64,000 nt of DNA from Polyangia bacterium (GTDB taxonomy: Bacteria > Myxococcota_A > Polyangia > Palsa-1104). The DNA lies in the NCBI GenBank assembly GCA_039923495.1, contig JBDTCO010000064.1:2-64001 (forward strand). Direction: 5' to 3'. Position numbers and translations under genes: made by a program. The notes under the pieces were generated by a model. It did no database searches. It had not been told where the DNA came from and worked only from the letters and a program-made list of their open reading frames with translations. This document shows, one piece after another, positions 55,364 through 64,000 of the stretch; position 1 is the first letter of the stretch, and every line of letters starts with the position of its first letter.

Positions 55364-55737
55364 TCGTCGGTATCGGCATCGACCTGTGCCCGATCTCACG
55401 CATGAGAGACGCCATCGCCAGGCACGGTGGCCGCTTCGAGGCGCGCGTGTTTACCGACGGTGAGCGCGCCGACTGCAACGTCTCTCAGGAGCCGGCGCAG
55501 CACTACGCTGCGCGCTTCGCCGCGAAGGAGGCCGCGGTCAAAGCATGCTCCGTACTGCGCGGTCAGAGCTGGCATGACGTCGAGGTGATCCGCGAGGCGG
55601 ACGGACGCCCGCGGCTGCGTCTCCACGGCCCCGCGGCAGAGGCCGTCGCGGCGCTCGGTGTCGCGCGCATGCACGTCTCGCTCACGCACGCGGCCGACGC
55701 TGCGGTCGCCGTCGTCATCGCCGAATCGGAGGACTGA
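55360..55737 (+). CDS. acpS: Holo-[acyl-carrier-protein] synthase
   Basis: MIVGIGIDL start. 4'-phosphopantetheinyl transferase fold. 4-nt overlap with pdxJ. Confidence 0.85.
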   Translation: MIVGIGIDLCPISRMRDAIARHGGRFEARVFTDGERADCNVSQEPAQHYAARFAAKEAAVKACSVLRGQSWHDVEVIREADGRPRLRLHGPAAEAVAALGVARMHVSLTHAADAAVAVVIAESED

Positions 55738-55738
55738 C

Positions 55739-57268
55739 ATGCAGCCACTCGTCACAGTCGCAGAGATGCGGAGCTTCGATCGTCACACCATCGACGAGGT
55801 CGGTGTACCGTCCCTCGCGCTCATGGAGACGGCCGGGCGTGCCGTCGCTGCCGAGGCCGAAAAGCACGGCGATCACTTCGTCGTCGTCGCGGGTACGGGC
55901 AACAACGGCGGCGACGGGCTCGTCGCCGCGCGCACCCTCGTCGCGCGAGGGCTCCACGCGGTCGTCGTGATGATCGGCGAAGAGGGCAAGCTGAGCGATG
56001 ACGCGAAGGTGTGCCTCAAGGGCTGTCAGCACCTCGACGTCTCGTGGGGCCTCGATGCACTCGAGCTGAAGCTCGCGTCACACCCGCACGCGGTGCTCGT
56101 CGACGCGCTGTTCGGCACGGGGCTGTCGAGGGCGATCGAGGGTGACGCTGCTGTCGCCATCGAGAAGATGAACGCGCACGAGACTCCCATCGTCGCTGTC
56201 GACGTCCCCTCGGGGCTCGACTCGGATCGCGGGGTCGCGACCGGCCCGATCGTTCGCGCGACTACGACCGTGACGTTCGGCTACGCCAAGCGCGGTCTCT
56301 ACGCGGCGCCGGGCTTCACGTTCGCGGGCGAGATCATCGTTGCCGACATCGGTCTCGCGGCGTCGCTCGCGGACGACGTGAAGGTGCGCCTCCTCGACGA
56401 GAGCATCCTCGCGCCGTTTCGCGTGCGCGATCCGCTCGGTCACAAGGGCACGCACGGCCACGTGTTCCTCCTCGCCGGCTCCGTCGGCAAGATCGGCGCA
56501 TCGCTGCTCGCGGGTCGTGCGGCGCTGCGGGCGGGCGCGGGGCTGGTCACGCTCGCGACGCCGCTGTCGGCGCAGGCCCGCGTCGACGGCAAGCTGGCCG
56601 AGCTCATGACGTTTGGCTATCCCGGTGCAGATCCCGAAGGGGGGCACGGGCTCGACGTCGGCAAGGCGGTCGCGGCGCTCGTCGCCGAGGTGAACGGCAA
56701 GCGCGTCGTCGCCATCGGTCCGGGGGTCTCGACCGCGCCGGCGTTCGCCGAGGTCATCGAGAAGCTCGTGTACGCGGCCATCGCGGAGGGCGTGACGGTG
56801 GTGCTCGACGCCGATGGTCTCAACCACCTCGCGCACCGTCCGAGCATCCTCGCGGGGCGGCCGGGATCGGGCACCGTGGTGCTCACGCCGCATCCGGGCG
56901 AGGCCGCGCGCCTCCTCGGCACGACGGTCCGGGACATCGAGGCCGACCGCTACGCAGCGGTGAAGGCGCTCGTGAAGAAGTACGACGCGATCGTGGCGCT
57001 CAAGGGCGCACGCACGCTGGTGGCCTCGCCGGATGGTCGCGTGCTGCTGTGCGCGGCCGGTGGTCCCGTGCTCGGCGTCGGCGGCACGGGCGACGTCCTG
57101 ACGGGCGCCACCGCGGCCCTGTGCGCAAACCGCAACGCACCGGTGTTCGAGAGCGTCGCCGCGGCGGTGTTTCTGCACGCGACCGCGGCGGATCTGCTCG
57201 CGGCCGAGACCTCGCGCGGCGTGCTGGCCGGCGAGATTGCGGATGCGCTACCGCACGCGCTTGGTTGA
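55739..57268 (+). CDS. nnr: Bifunctional NAD(P)H-hydrate repair enzyme (YjeF N/C epimerase-dehydratase)
   Basis: GTGNNGGDG N-domain motif. GPGLG C-domain motif. Confidence 0.85.
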   Translation: MQPLVTVAEMRSFDRHTIDEVGVPSLALMETAGRAVAAEAEKHGDHFVVVAGTGNNGGDGLVAARTLVARGLHAVVVMIGEEGKLSDDAKVCLKGCQHLDVSWGLDALELKLASHPHAVLVDALFGTGLSRAIEGDAAVAIEKMNAHETPIVAVDVPSGLDSDRGVATGPIVRATTTVTFGYAKRGLYAAPGFTFAGEIIVADIGLAASLADDVKVRLLDESILAPFRVRDPLGHKGTHGHVFLLAGSVGKIGASLLAGRAALRAGAGLVTLATPLSAQARVDGKLAELMTFGYPGADPEGGHGLDVGKAVAALVAEVNGKRVVAIGPGVSTAPAFAEVIEKLVYAAIAEGVTVVLDADGLNHLAHRPSILAGRPGSGTVVLTPHPGEAARLLGTTVRDIEADRYAAVKALVKKYDAIVALKGARTLVASPDGRVLLCAAGGPVLGVGGTGDVLTGATAALCANRNAPVFESVAAAVFLHATAADLLAAETSRGVLAGEIADALPHALG

Positions 57269-57400
57269 GCTCATTGCCAGGTTGTCACGGGAGCGAGCGA
57301 GTCCCCGGACCAAAGTGCAAGATGGCAGCGCACGAGGGGTGGTCGCGCCCATGCGGTCGCGGGTTTGGCCGGGGGCACGCGCCTTGCTGAATCCCTCGGC

Positions 57401-58009
57401 ATGGAAACCTTTCAAGCCCATCTCGTCCCCGAATTGCCCCGACTGACCGCCATCGCGCGACGCCTGTGCCGCGATCCGGAAGACCTCGTGCAGGAGACCA
57501 TCGCGCGGGCGCTGCGGTTCCAGACGGGTTTCCGTATTGGCAGCGACCTGCGTGCGTGGCTGACGCGCATCCTGTTCAACCTGCACGCCGGCGAGCGTCG
57601 CCGCGGGGCACGCTATGCGCGCGCTCGTGCCGCGTATGCAGTCGAGCCGCACGCGGCGGTGGTGGAGCCGTCCGTGGCCGCCGAGCTGCGCGGCTGCTGC
57701 CCACGCCTGGCGGCGCAGGACCTGGAGCTCATCGTGCGCGCCGATTTCGACGGCTACACGTACGCCGAGATGGCCACCGATCTGCACGTGCCGATCGGCA
57801 CCGTGATGTCGCGCCTGTTCCGCGCGCGTCGTCGCGTAAAGGGTGCGATGACGGACGTGCCTGCTCAGCGCAGAGGCGTGTCGTCGGCGAAGACGTCGAG
57901 CGCGCCCGTCGGCACGCCTTCGTCGCGCACGACGCCGCGATCGTCCGCGACGAAGGTCACGACGAGGCCGTCGGCGAGGCCGATGCGCGCGGTCGTCGCC
58001 GGGCGCTGA
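57401..58009 (+). CDS. ECF-type RNA polymerase sigma-70 factor
   Basis: Sigma region 2 (DLVQETIARAL) and region 4 (YTYAEMATDLHVPIGTVMSRLFRAR). The ORF tail overlaps the convergent HEAT gene. Confidence 0.75.
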   Translation: METFQAHLVPELPRLTAIARRLCRDPEDLVQETIARALRFQTGFRIGSDLRAWLTRILFNLHAGERRRGARYARARAAYAVEPHAAVVEPSVAAELRGCCPRLAAQDLELIVRADFDGYTYAEMATDLHVPIGTVMSRLFRARRRVKGAMTDVPAQRRGVSSAKTSSAPVGTPSSRTTPRSSATKVTTRPSARPMRAVVAGR

Positions 58010-60183
58010 AGCCGCAGCAAGAGGTAGTCGGCACCACCGCGCGGTGCCGCACGACGCCTGCCGACGACGAGCGCGTTGTCGCGAACGCGCGGGTCCGGAT
58101 CGTGCGCGAGACGCAGCAACACCTCGGGTGACAGCACGCGCTGCCTGCGACCGAGCGCCGCGAGCGCGTTGGCGCGGACCGCAGCGCTGGGATCGGCGAG
58201 GTGCGCGTCGAGCGCGCGATCCGCTTCGTTCCACGCGACCGGGTGCTTCACCTTGCCGAGCGCCCACGCGGCCGTGAGCCGTACGCCCGGGTCGGAGTCG
58301 ACGAGCGCCCCGACGAGCGCGCGCTCCGCTGCGCTGCTGTCGCCGGCGAGCGCCATGTCGCCGAGCGCCGCGTAGAGGCGAGCACGACGGAGCGGACGAC
58401 GCTGCAGCTTCGGCACGAGCCGCAGCAGGCGATCGGCGCTGCTGGCATCGCGCATCGCCCCGAGCAACTCGAGCGCGCCGGCTGATCCCGCCTGGTCGGA
58501 GCCCGCGAGCGAGAGACAGACCTCGCGGGCGACGGTGTTCACGTGACCGCGCAGGGGACCGAGCAGCGCGAGGCTCGCCGGGTCGCGTGCGCGCTCGACG
58601 CCACCCTTGAGCAAGGCGAGCAGCACGGGCACGAGCGCGCCTGCACCGGCATCGTCGGAGAGCGCGAGCGCGGCCGTCATCGCGGTGGCTGCGTCGTTGG
58701 CCGAAAGAGCCGCGACGAGCGCGTGGCGCGAGGCAGCGTCCCGTCGCTGGCCGAGCGCTGCGAGGCTCGCTCGCACGAGGGACTGATCGTCGTCCTGCGC
58801 CGCGCGCAGCAGCGTGGACTCGCGCGCCGACGACGTGCGGACGAGCGAGAGCAGCGCGCCGTGCTGCACGCCGCGATCGGGATCGGCCAGCGCAGCTTCG
58901 AGCGGCGCTGCGGCGCGCGTGTCGCCGAGCTCACCGAGCGCCGCGGCTGCAGCACGTCGAGCGGCGACGCCGGGATCGCCGAGGCGACCCGCGAGCCACG
59001 CCACGAGCTCGTCGCGCACGGGACCCTTCGGTGGTCGCGCGCGCACGAGCTGCGCGTCGAAGCGGCCGTCGGAGGCAAGGCGCGTCAGCGCGAGTACGAG
59101 CATGGTGACCGCGGTGTCGCCGTCGTGCATGAGCTCGCCCGCGACGAGCAGCGCTCCGTCGCCGGGGCGCTCGCCGAGCGCGGGCAAGAGACCTGCGAGG
59201 AGCGGCGCGGCAGCGGCACCCGACACGCGCAGGCCCTCGAGCGCGGCGGTGCGGTTCAGATCGTTGCGGGCTGCGCGCACGAGCGCTTCGCCCGCCCGCG
59301 CCCGCAGCGCACGCACGATCGCGTCGTCGCTGGGCGCACCGGCGATGCGACCGAGCGCGAGCGCCACCGGTCCCGCGAGCGGCTCGCGCGGCACGTTCAG
59401 CATCGGGACGAGACGTGGCACGGCGGTCTCCGCAGCGAGCAGCCCGAGCGTCGAGATGGCCGCCGCGCGGACCTCTTCTGCGCTGTCGTCGACAAGGCGC
59501 AGCACCGCCGAGGCCGCACGCCTGTCACCGAGCGTGCCGAGCGCGCGTGCGACCGCGAGCCTCACTTCCGGAGACGCGTCGTCGACGTGCGCCGCGAGGC
59601 CGTGCAGCGCGAACGGATCGCCGATCTTCTCGAGGGACTCGGCGGCTGCGCGACGCAGCTCGGGGTTCTCGTCGGACAGAGCGCCGACGATGGCCTCGGT
59701 CGTCGCGGCCTTGCCTGCGGCCGTGGGCGTGCGTTCCGTCAGCGCGTGCAGGGCCGCGAGTCGCACCGCGATCTCCGGGTCGGCGAGCGCACGTCCGAGC
59801 GCGACCTCGACGTCACGCCGCGCAGGACCGTGCAGCTTGCCGAGCGCGCTGACGGCCGTCTCGCGGAGCTTCCCATCGGCGTCGGTGGCCTCGCCGAGGA
59901 GGCGCTGCGTGGCATCCGGAAGACCGAGCTGCCCCGCGGCGATGGTCGCGGCCACGCGCACGGCGAGCTCGGGATCGTCGAGCGCGCGAGCGAGCAGGGG
60001 CCGCGCAGCCTCGGCATCCAGCGTCGCGAGCTCGCGCGCTGCCCTCGCTCGCCGATCGGCGTCGGGCGCAGCCAGCTCCGTGGAGAGCCGTGTGACCGCA
60101 GGGGGGTCGGCGAGCGCAACCGCCGCTCCGAAAGAGAAAGACAGCGACAGTGCAGCCACGAGAGGCCGCAGCGCTGCGCGCAT
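57865..60183 (-). CDS. Secreted HEAT/PBS-lyase-repeat protein
   Basis: Signal peptide present. More than 15 repeats of the form DPxxxVRxxAxxALGxLG. Confidence 0.7.
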   Translation of the reverse strand: MRAALRPLVAALSLSFSFGAAVALADPPAVTRLSTELAAPDADRRARAARELATLDAEAARPLLARALDDPELAVRVAATIAAGQLGLPDATQRLLGEATDADGKLRETAVSALGKLHGPARRDVEVALGRALADPEIAVRLAALHALTERTPTAAGKAATTEAIVGALSDENPELRRAAAESLEKIGDPFALHGLAAHVDDASPEVRLAVARALGTLGDRRAASAVLRLVDDSAEEVRAAAISTLGLLAAETAVPRLVPMLNVPREPLAGPVALALGRIAGAPSDDAIVRALRARAGEALVRAARNDLNRTAALEGLRVSGAAAAPLLAGLLPALGERPGDGALLVAGELMHDGDTAVTMLVLALTRLASDGRFDAQLVRARPPKGPVRDELVAWLAGRLGDPGVAARRAAAAALGELGDTRAAAPLEAALADPDRGVQHGALLSLVRTSSARESTLLRAAQDDDQSLVRASLAALGQRRDAASRHALVAALSANDAATAMTAALALSDDAGAGALVPVLLALLKGGVERARDPASLALLGPLRGHVNTVAREVCLSLAGSDQAGSAGALELLGAMRDASSADRLLRLVPKLQRRPLRRARLYAALGDMALAGDSSAAERALVGALVDSDPGVRLTAAWALGKVKHPVAWNEADRALDAHLADPSAAVRANALAALGRRQRVLSPEVLLRLAHDPDPRVRDNALVVGRRRAAPRGGADYLLLRLQRPATTARIGLADGLVVTFVADDRGVVRDEGVPTGALDVFADDTPLR

Positions 60184-60185
60184 GC

Positions 60186-60467
60186 TCAGGCCCGGAAGCC
60201 CGCGTTGAGCGTCGTCTTGGTCGCGTTGCCCGTCTTGAGCGCCACGAAGCGATCCGCCGGCAGGTAGAAGCGCTCGCCCTTGTGTGTGAGCACGACCACG
60301 ACGTCGGGGCCGAGCTCGATGCGGCTGGCGCGCGAGACCTGCAAGGTCTCCTCGCCGACGCTGGCGTAGAGCGTCACGTCCAGCTCCTCGGAGAACAGGT
60401 ACGCGGCGCCGTCCTTCCGCACGCCGGGCAGATCGTTGAGCACGTTCTCGAGCTTGAGGTGAGCCAT
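60186..60467 (-). CDS. Small hypothetical protein (93 aa)
   Basis: ORF ends 3 nt upstream of the HEAT gene start. Coding-like GC3 bias. Confidence 0.45.
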   Translation of the reverse strand: MAHLKLENVLNDLPGVRKDGAAYLFSEELDVTLYASVGEETLQVSRASRIELGPDVVVVLTHKGERFYLPADRFVALKTGNATKTTLNAGFRA

Positions 60468-60516
60468 GCGCCGACTCTACGACCGGCTGCCCGTCGGGGC
60501 AACCGTGGTGGCCGAC

Positions 60517-62421
60517 CTACTTGAAGCCGAACGAAAAGGAAGCGTGGGTCTTCGAGCCGTTGAACTTCGGGAAGGCAATAGCCTGCATCTTGCCGTAGAT
60601 GCAGCTCGCGAACGCGCCCGTGGTCTGGCCATTGACCTTGACGCCCTGCACGGAGCCGGACCCCTTGATGATGAAGTCGAGGTCGACGTTGCGGAGGCTC
60701 GAGTTGCGCGAACGCTCCTCCATCATGCAGCCAGTGAGCAGTCTGAAGTTCTGCGTCATGACGCGCTGAACGGTCGGACCGTCGAGCGTCTCGTCGCCGC
60801 CGCTCTCGGACGCATCGCCGAGCACGGTGGTATCGTCGAAGACGTTCTTGCCATTCACCATCTTGCCGGCGCCCCTGTGCTTGCCTGGCGTCTTCTTCTC
60901 CGGCGGATCGACCTTCATCGTGACGTCGAACTTGAAGTCGGGATCGGAGCGCTCCTTGACGATGACGACCTTCGCCTTCTGGTGCTGCACGAACCAGAAG
61001 AGGCCCGCGCCGCCGCCGAGCGCGACGAGCAGCAGGATGGCGAGCAGTCCGACCACGCGACCGCGGTGCTTGTCGCGCGACGCGGACTCCATGCGGAGGC
61101 GCTCGTTCTCGGCGTTCATCGCGTCCGCCTGCAGCGCCATCTCGCGCAGCAGCGGGTGATCCTTCACGCGACGACGCTCACCATTCTCGGTGTCGACGAT
61201 GGTGTGCTCGCCCTGGATCTTGCCCTGTTCGATCTGCGCCTTGACGTCGCGCAGTGTGAACGGACCAAAGTCGAGCTTGTCCTTCTGGACGAGCCAGCGC
61301 TCGTGCGACTCGTCGACGCTGGAGAGCGCCGTGTCGACGTTGAATGATGCAGGCACGGGGCGCGGGGCTGCCGGCATGCCCGGCGAGCTCATCGGCGCTG
61401 CGCTCGCCGAGCGTGGCGGTGGCGGTGCGGAGGCGTGCGGAGGCGGCAGCTTCGGGATGCTCTGCGACGAAGCGCCCTGCGGAATCTTGGGCACCGCCGA
61501 CGACGAAGGAGCGGTCGCTGCCTTCGGAACAGACTGCGAGCTCGCGCTCACCGCACCCGGTGCACCGGCCGGCGCGATGTCCGGGCCGACCGCGTGCTGC
61601 AGCGCTTCCTTCAGCGTACCCATGTCGGGATAGCGGTTGGTCGGCTCGATGCGCAGCGCGGTGTCGAGGAACATGTCGATGGGCCGCGTGATGCCCTGCG
61701 CGATCGTGCTCGCCACGGCGACCGGCTGTGTCGGCGGCTGACCCGTGAGGATCTCGTAGAGCAGCGCGCCGGTGGAGTAGACGTCGGCGCGACGATCGAC
61801 GCGATCGGGCGAGCCGAGCGCTTCGGGCGCGAGGTTCGGCACCGCCTGCGCGACGACGCTCTTGCCACCCGACAGCAGGATCGCGCGTGCGACGCCGAGC
61901 TCGAGCACCTTCACGCGGCCTGCCGCCGTGATGTGCACCGAGCGCATCGACAGGCCGCCGTGCACAGAGCCGGCGTGGCTGTGCAGCGCCTGCAGCCCAT
62001 TGGCCAGGTGCGCGATGACGTTGTACGCGCCCTTCAGCGAGAACGGTTTGCCGGCAGCGCGCTTCTTCTCGTGCATCTCGGCGAGCGACTGCCCGTCGAG
62101 GTACTCGTAGACGACGTACGTTACGGTGCCGCGCTGCGAGAGCTCGTCGCCGAAGTCGAGCGGGACGGCGAGGTTCTTGTGGTCGAGGCCCGCGAGCTGC
62201 TCGATCTCCCGACGCACGGCCCCGCGCAGGCGCTGGTCACCGAACAGGCGCGAGTCGAGGATCTCGATGCTGACGAACGTCTGGTCCGCGCGGCGCTTCG
62301 CCTTGTAGAGGACGCCGAACGCGGACTCGCTCTGCGGCTCGATGATTTCGTAGCGGCCGCCGAGCACCGTTCCAGGAGAGACGGGCTGTTCGCCGCGAGA
62401 GGGGTTGCCTTGTGGATCCAT
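60517..62421 (-). CDS. Predicted pseudokinase (Ser/Thr-kinase fold lacking catalytic residues) with TM segment and AgmX/PglI-like C-terminal domain
   Basis: Kinase-like fold, but FVSIEIL replaces VAIK, HGGLSMRSV replaces HRDLKPxN, and ELGVA replaces DFG. Pro/Ser-rich linker and a TM helix. Confidence 0.75.
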   Translation of the reverse strand: MDPQGNPSRGEQPVSPGTVLGGRYEIIEPQSESAFGVLYKAKRRADQTFVSIEILDSRLFGDQRLRGAVRREIEQLAGLDHKNLAVPLDFGDELSQRGTVTYVVYEYLDGQSLAEMHEKKRAAGKPFSLKGAYNVIAHLANGLQALHSHAGSVHGGLSMRSVHITAAGRVKVLELGVARAILLSGGKSVVAQAVPNLAPEALGSPDRVDRRADVYSTGALLYEILTGQPPTQPVAVASTIAQGITRPIDMFLDTALRIEPTNRYPDMGTLKEALQHAVGPDIAPAGAPGAVSASSQSVPKAATAPSSSAVPKIPQGASSQSIPKLPPPHASAPPPPRSASAAPMSSPGMPAAPRPVPASFNVDTALSSVDESHERWLVQKDKLDFGPFTLRDVKAQIEQGKIQGEHTIVDTENGERRRVKDHPLLREMALQADAMNAENERLRMESASRDKHRGRVVGLLAILLLVALGGGAGLFWFVQHQKAKVVIVKERSDPDFKFDVTMKVDPPEKKTPGKHRGAGKMVNGKNVFDDTTVLGDASESGGDETLDGPTVQRVMTQNFRLLTGCMMEERSRNSSLRNVDLDFIIKGSGSVQGVKVNGQTTGAFASCIYGKMQAIAFPKFNGSKTHASFSFGFK

Positions 62422-62529
62422 CGACACGAGGCGGCGATGGTACGGGGGGCGAGACTGCCGCGTCAACGCGCGCGTTTGCCCTCGTTGCGGGCGAGACCGC
62501 GCGGGCGACTTCAGCGCCTACTTCCGCGC

Positions 62530-63018
62530 CTACTTAAGCACTACCGGCAAGTTCTTCGCCTGGGCGATCCACGCGACCAGATGGGCCTGGCTGGGGGGAT
62601 TCTCGCTGAGCTTCCGCAGCGCGTTCGCCTTCATGATCGCGTCCTCCGTGAGCGCGGCGTCCGCCTTCTGCAGGGCGGCGACCGTCGGTACGCCGACCGC
62701 GGTGAGGAGCCGCGCCACGTCGGGACCGACGCCGCGGACGCGCATGAGGTCGCAAAGCTTCACCCAGCCGTCGAGCACGCGCGGCGAGACGTGGATCTGC
62801 ACAGCGAGCGCCTTGCGATCGCGCGGATCGCTCGCCTTCTCGAGGAGCGCGAAGGTGGTGGCGATGCCGGCGGTGCGCAGCCGGGCGGCCTCGTCCGCGG
62901 GGATGACCACGGGGACCTCCTCGAGCGCGTAGTTCGAGGCATGAGCGATGCTGCTCGATGCGCAGACGATGGACAGGCAGAGGGGGACGAGGAAAAACTT
63001 CACGGACTGGACGAGCAT
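62530..63018 (-). CDS. Secreted DUF4332-like (HhH-type) protein
   Basis: Signal peptide (FFLVPLCLSIVCASSSIAHA). Helix-hairpin-helix-like segments. Confidence 0.55.
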   Translation of the reverse strand: MLVQSVKFFLVPLCLSIVCASSSIAHASNYALEEVPVVIPADEAARLRTAGIATTFALLEKASDPRDRKALAVQIHVSPRVLDGWVKLCDLMRVRGVGPDVARLLTAVGVPTVAALQKADAALTEDAIMKANALRKLSENPPSQAHLVAWIAQAKNLPVVLK

Positions 63019-64000
63019 GGGGCCCTCCCTAGGAGTAGCTGGGACTGCGCGAGCGTGGCGGGATCTGAGTGCGCCGAGGCCAGCCGCTGCGCGGTACGAG
63101 CTTCGGTGCAGGCTGCGTCGTTGCCGAGCCGCGAGAGCAGCGATGCCAGGGCCTGACGGATGACGGGATCTTCTGGCGCGAGGGTCTTCGCGCGGTGCAT
63201 GTGGGCGAGCGCCTCGAGGCGATGGCCTCGCTTCTCCGCGACCTCGGCGGTGAGGCGCTCGAGCCGTGGCGTCTCGCCGTCGTGGTGGAGCGCCGTGAGG
63301 CGCGTCGCCGCCGCGTCGAGCTGGCCAGTGGCGATGAGCTCGTCCACGTCGGTGAGGAGCGCTCGGGGTGCGGACGGTGTCTCGGCCACTGCGGAGCGTT
63401 GACGCAGCCGGCTCACCCCGAGCGCACCTGCGGCGAGCACGATGAACGTCGCCACCGCGATCCACACGCCCGCGTTGCTGCGCGCCGGCTGCAGCTCGGA
63501 GTCGTAGATCGACGGCTCGACGATGGCCTCCTGCCCGGTCGGCTCGAGCGCGCCGACCTTCCCGGGCACGGTACGCTTGTCGCGCGAGCCGACTACCGAG
63601 ACGGGTGTAGCGGTCGACGTGGGTCCCGTCGCCTCGCCGCGCTGCACGAGCGGGAGCAGCGCCTCCGCAACCGCGCCGGCCGACGCGTAGCGGTCCTTGG
63701 GCCGCTTCTCCAGGCAGCGCAGGATGATGGTCTCGAGCGCAGGTGGGATGTCGGGCGCGAGCTCGTGCGGCGGCTTCGGGATCTCGCGGACATGCTTCGT
63801 CAGCGTCTGGACGAACGTGTCGCCACGGAACGGCAGCACGCCCGTCGTCATGCGATAGAGCAGCACGCCGAGCGAGTAGAGATCCGTGCGTGCGTCGAGC
63901 GGCTCGCCCTGCGCCTGCTCCGGTGCCATGTACTCGGGCGTTCCGAAGACGGTGCCGTCGCGCGTGATCGAGTGGCTCTTCCCCGAGTCCGACGCGAGCT
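63000..64000 (-). CDS. Ser/Thr protein kinase, C-terminal part (5' end beyond window)
   Basis: Frame is open to the window edge. GTPEYMAPEQ activation segment, TM helix and TPR-like tail. Confidence 0.8.
   Translation of the reverse strand, partial: LASDSGKSHSITRDGTVFGTPEYMAPEQAQGEPLDARTDLYSLGVLLYRMTTGVLPFRGDTFVQTLTKHVREIPKPPHELAPDIPPALETIILRCLEKRPKDRYASAGAVAEALLPLVQRGEATGPTSTATPVSVVGSRDKRTVPGKVGALEPTGQEAIVEPSIYDSELQPARSNAGVWIAVATFIVLAAGALGVSRLRQRSAVAETPSAPRALLTDVDELIATGQLDAAATRLTALHHDGETPRLERLTAEVAEKRGHRLEALAHMHRAKTLAPEDPVIRQALASLLSRLGNDAACTEARTAQRLASAHSDPATLAQSQLLLGRAPCSSSP

Overview
High-GC (~70%) bacterial chromosomal window. Its gene content points to Myxococcota: many FHA domains, Ser/Thr kinases with PEGA or AgmX/PglI-like C-terminal domains, MMPL transporters, and many lipoproteins. 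I call about 50 protein genes; the long antisense Arg/Ala-rich ORFs in the track are GC artefacts. No rRNA, tRNA, CRISPR array or transposase was recognised.

Recognisable housekeeping genes include serB (3' end), a 6PGDH-like gnd, a beta-oxidation block (crotonase plus two acyl-CoA dehydrogenases) interleaved with lipoproteins, and a conserved tilS-ftsH-folP-cdaA-cdaR-glmM-(Cys-rich ORF)-pdxJ-acpS-nnr array.

Accessory and signalling content: a GAF-GGDEF cyclase; two MMPL (RND-superfamily) exporters, one in a yihY-CE4 deacetylase-UPF0104-MMPL operon; a TonB-dependent receptor fused in an operon with a Ca-type P-type ATPase; three full and one partial Hanks-type kinases, one of them a predicted pseudokinase; an ECF sigma factor; and ComEA.

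The most unusual module is a FHA-CpaF/TadA-like ATPase with a degenerate Walker A (GSGRST) followed by a double-FHA membrane protein and a SMI1/KNR4 (SUKH) protein, with no pilus or secretion components nearby. Other notable points: a deoxyhypusine-synthase-like gene coupled to a HAMP histidine kinase, a 524-aa unknown protein and a kinase; perfect 3-copy tandem direct repeats in two divergent regulatory regions; a hidden 58-aa ORF; and a Cys-rich secreted repeat protein inserted in the conserved glmM-pdxJ synteny.

Coordinates derived from the ORF track are exact. Coordinates I read from the raw sequence lines (repeats, small ORF) may be off by 1-2 nt.
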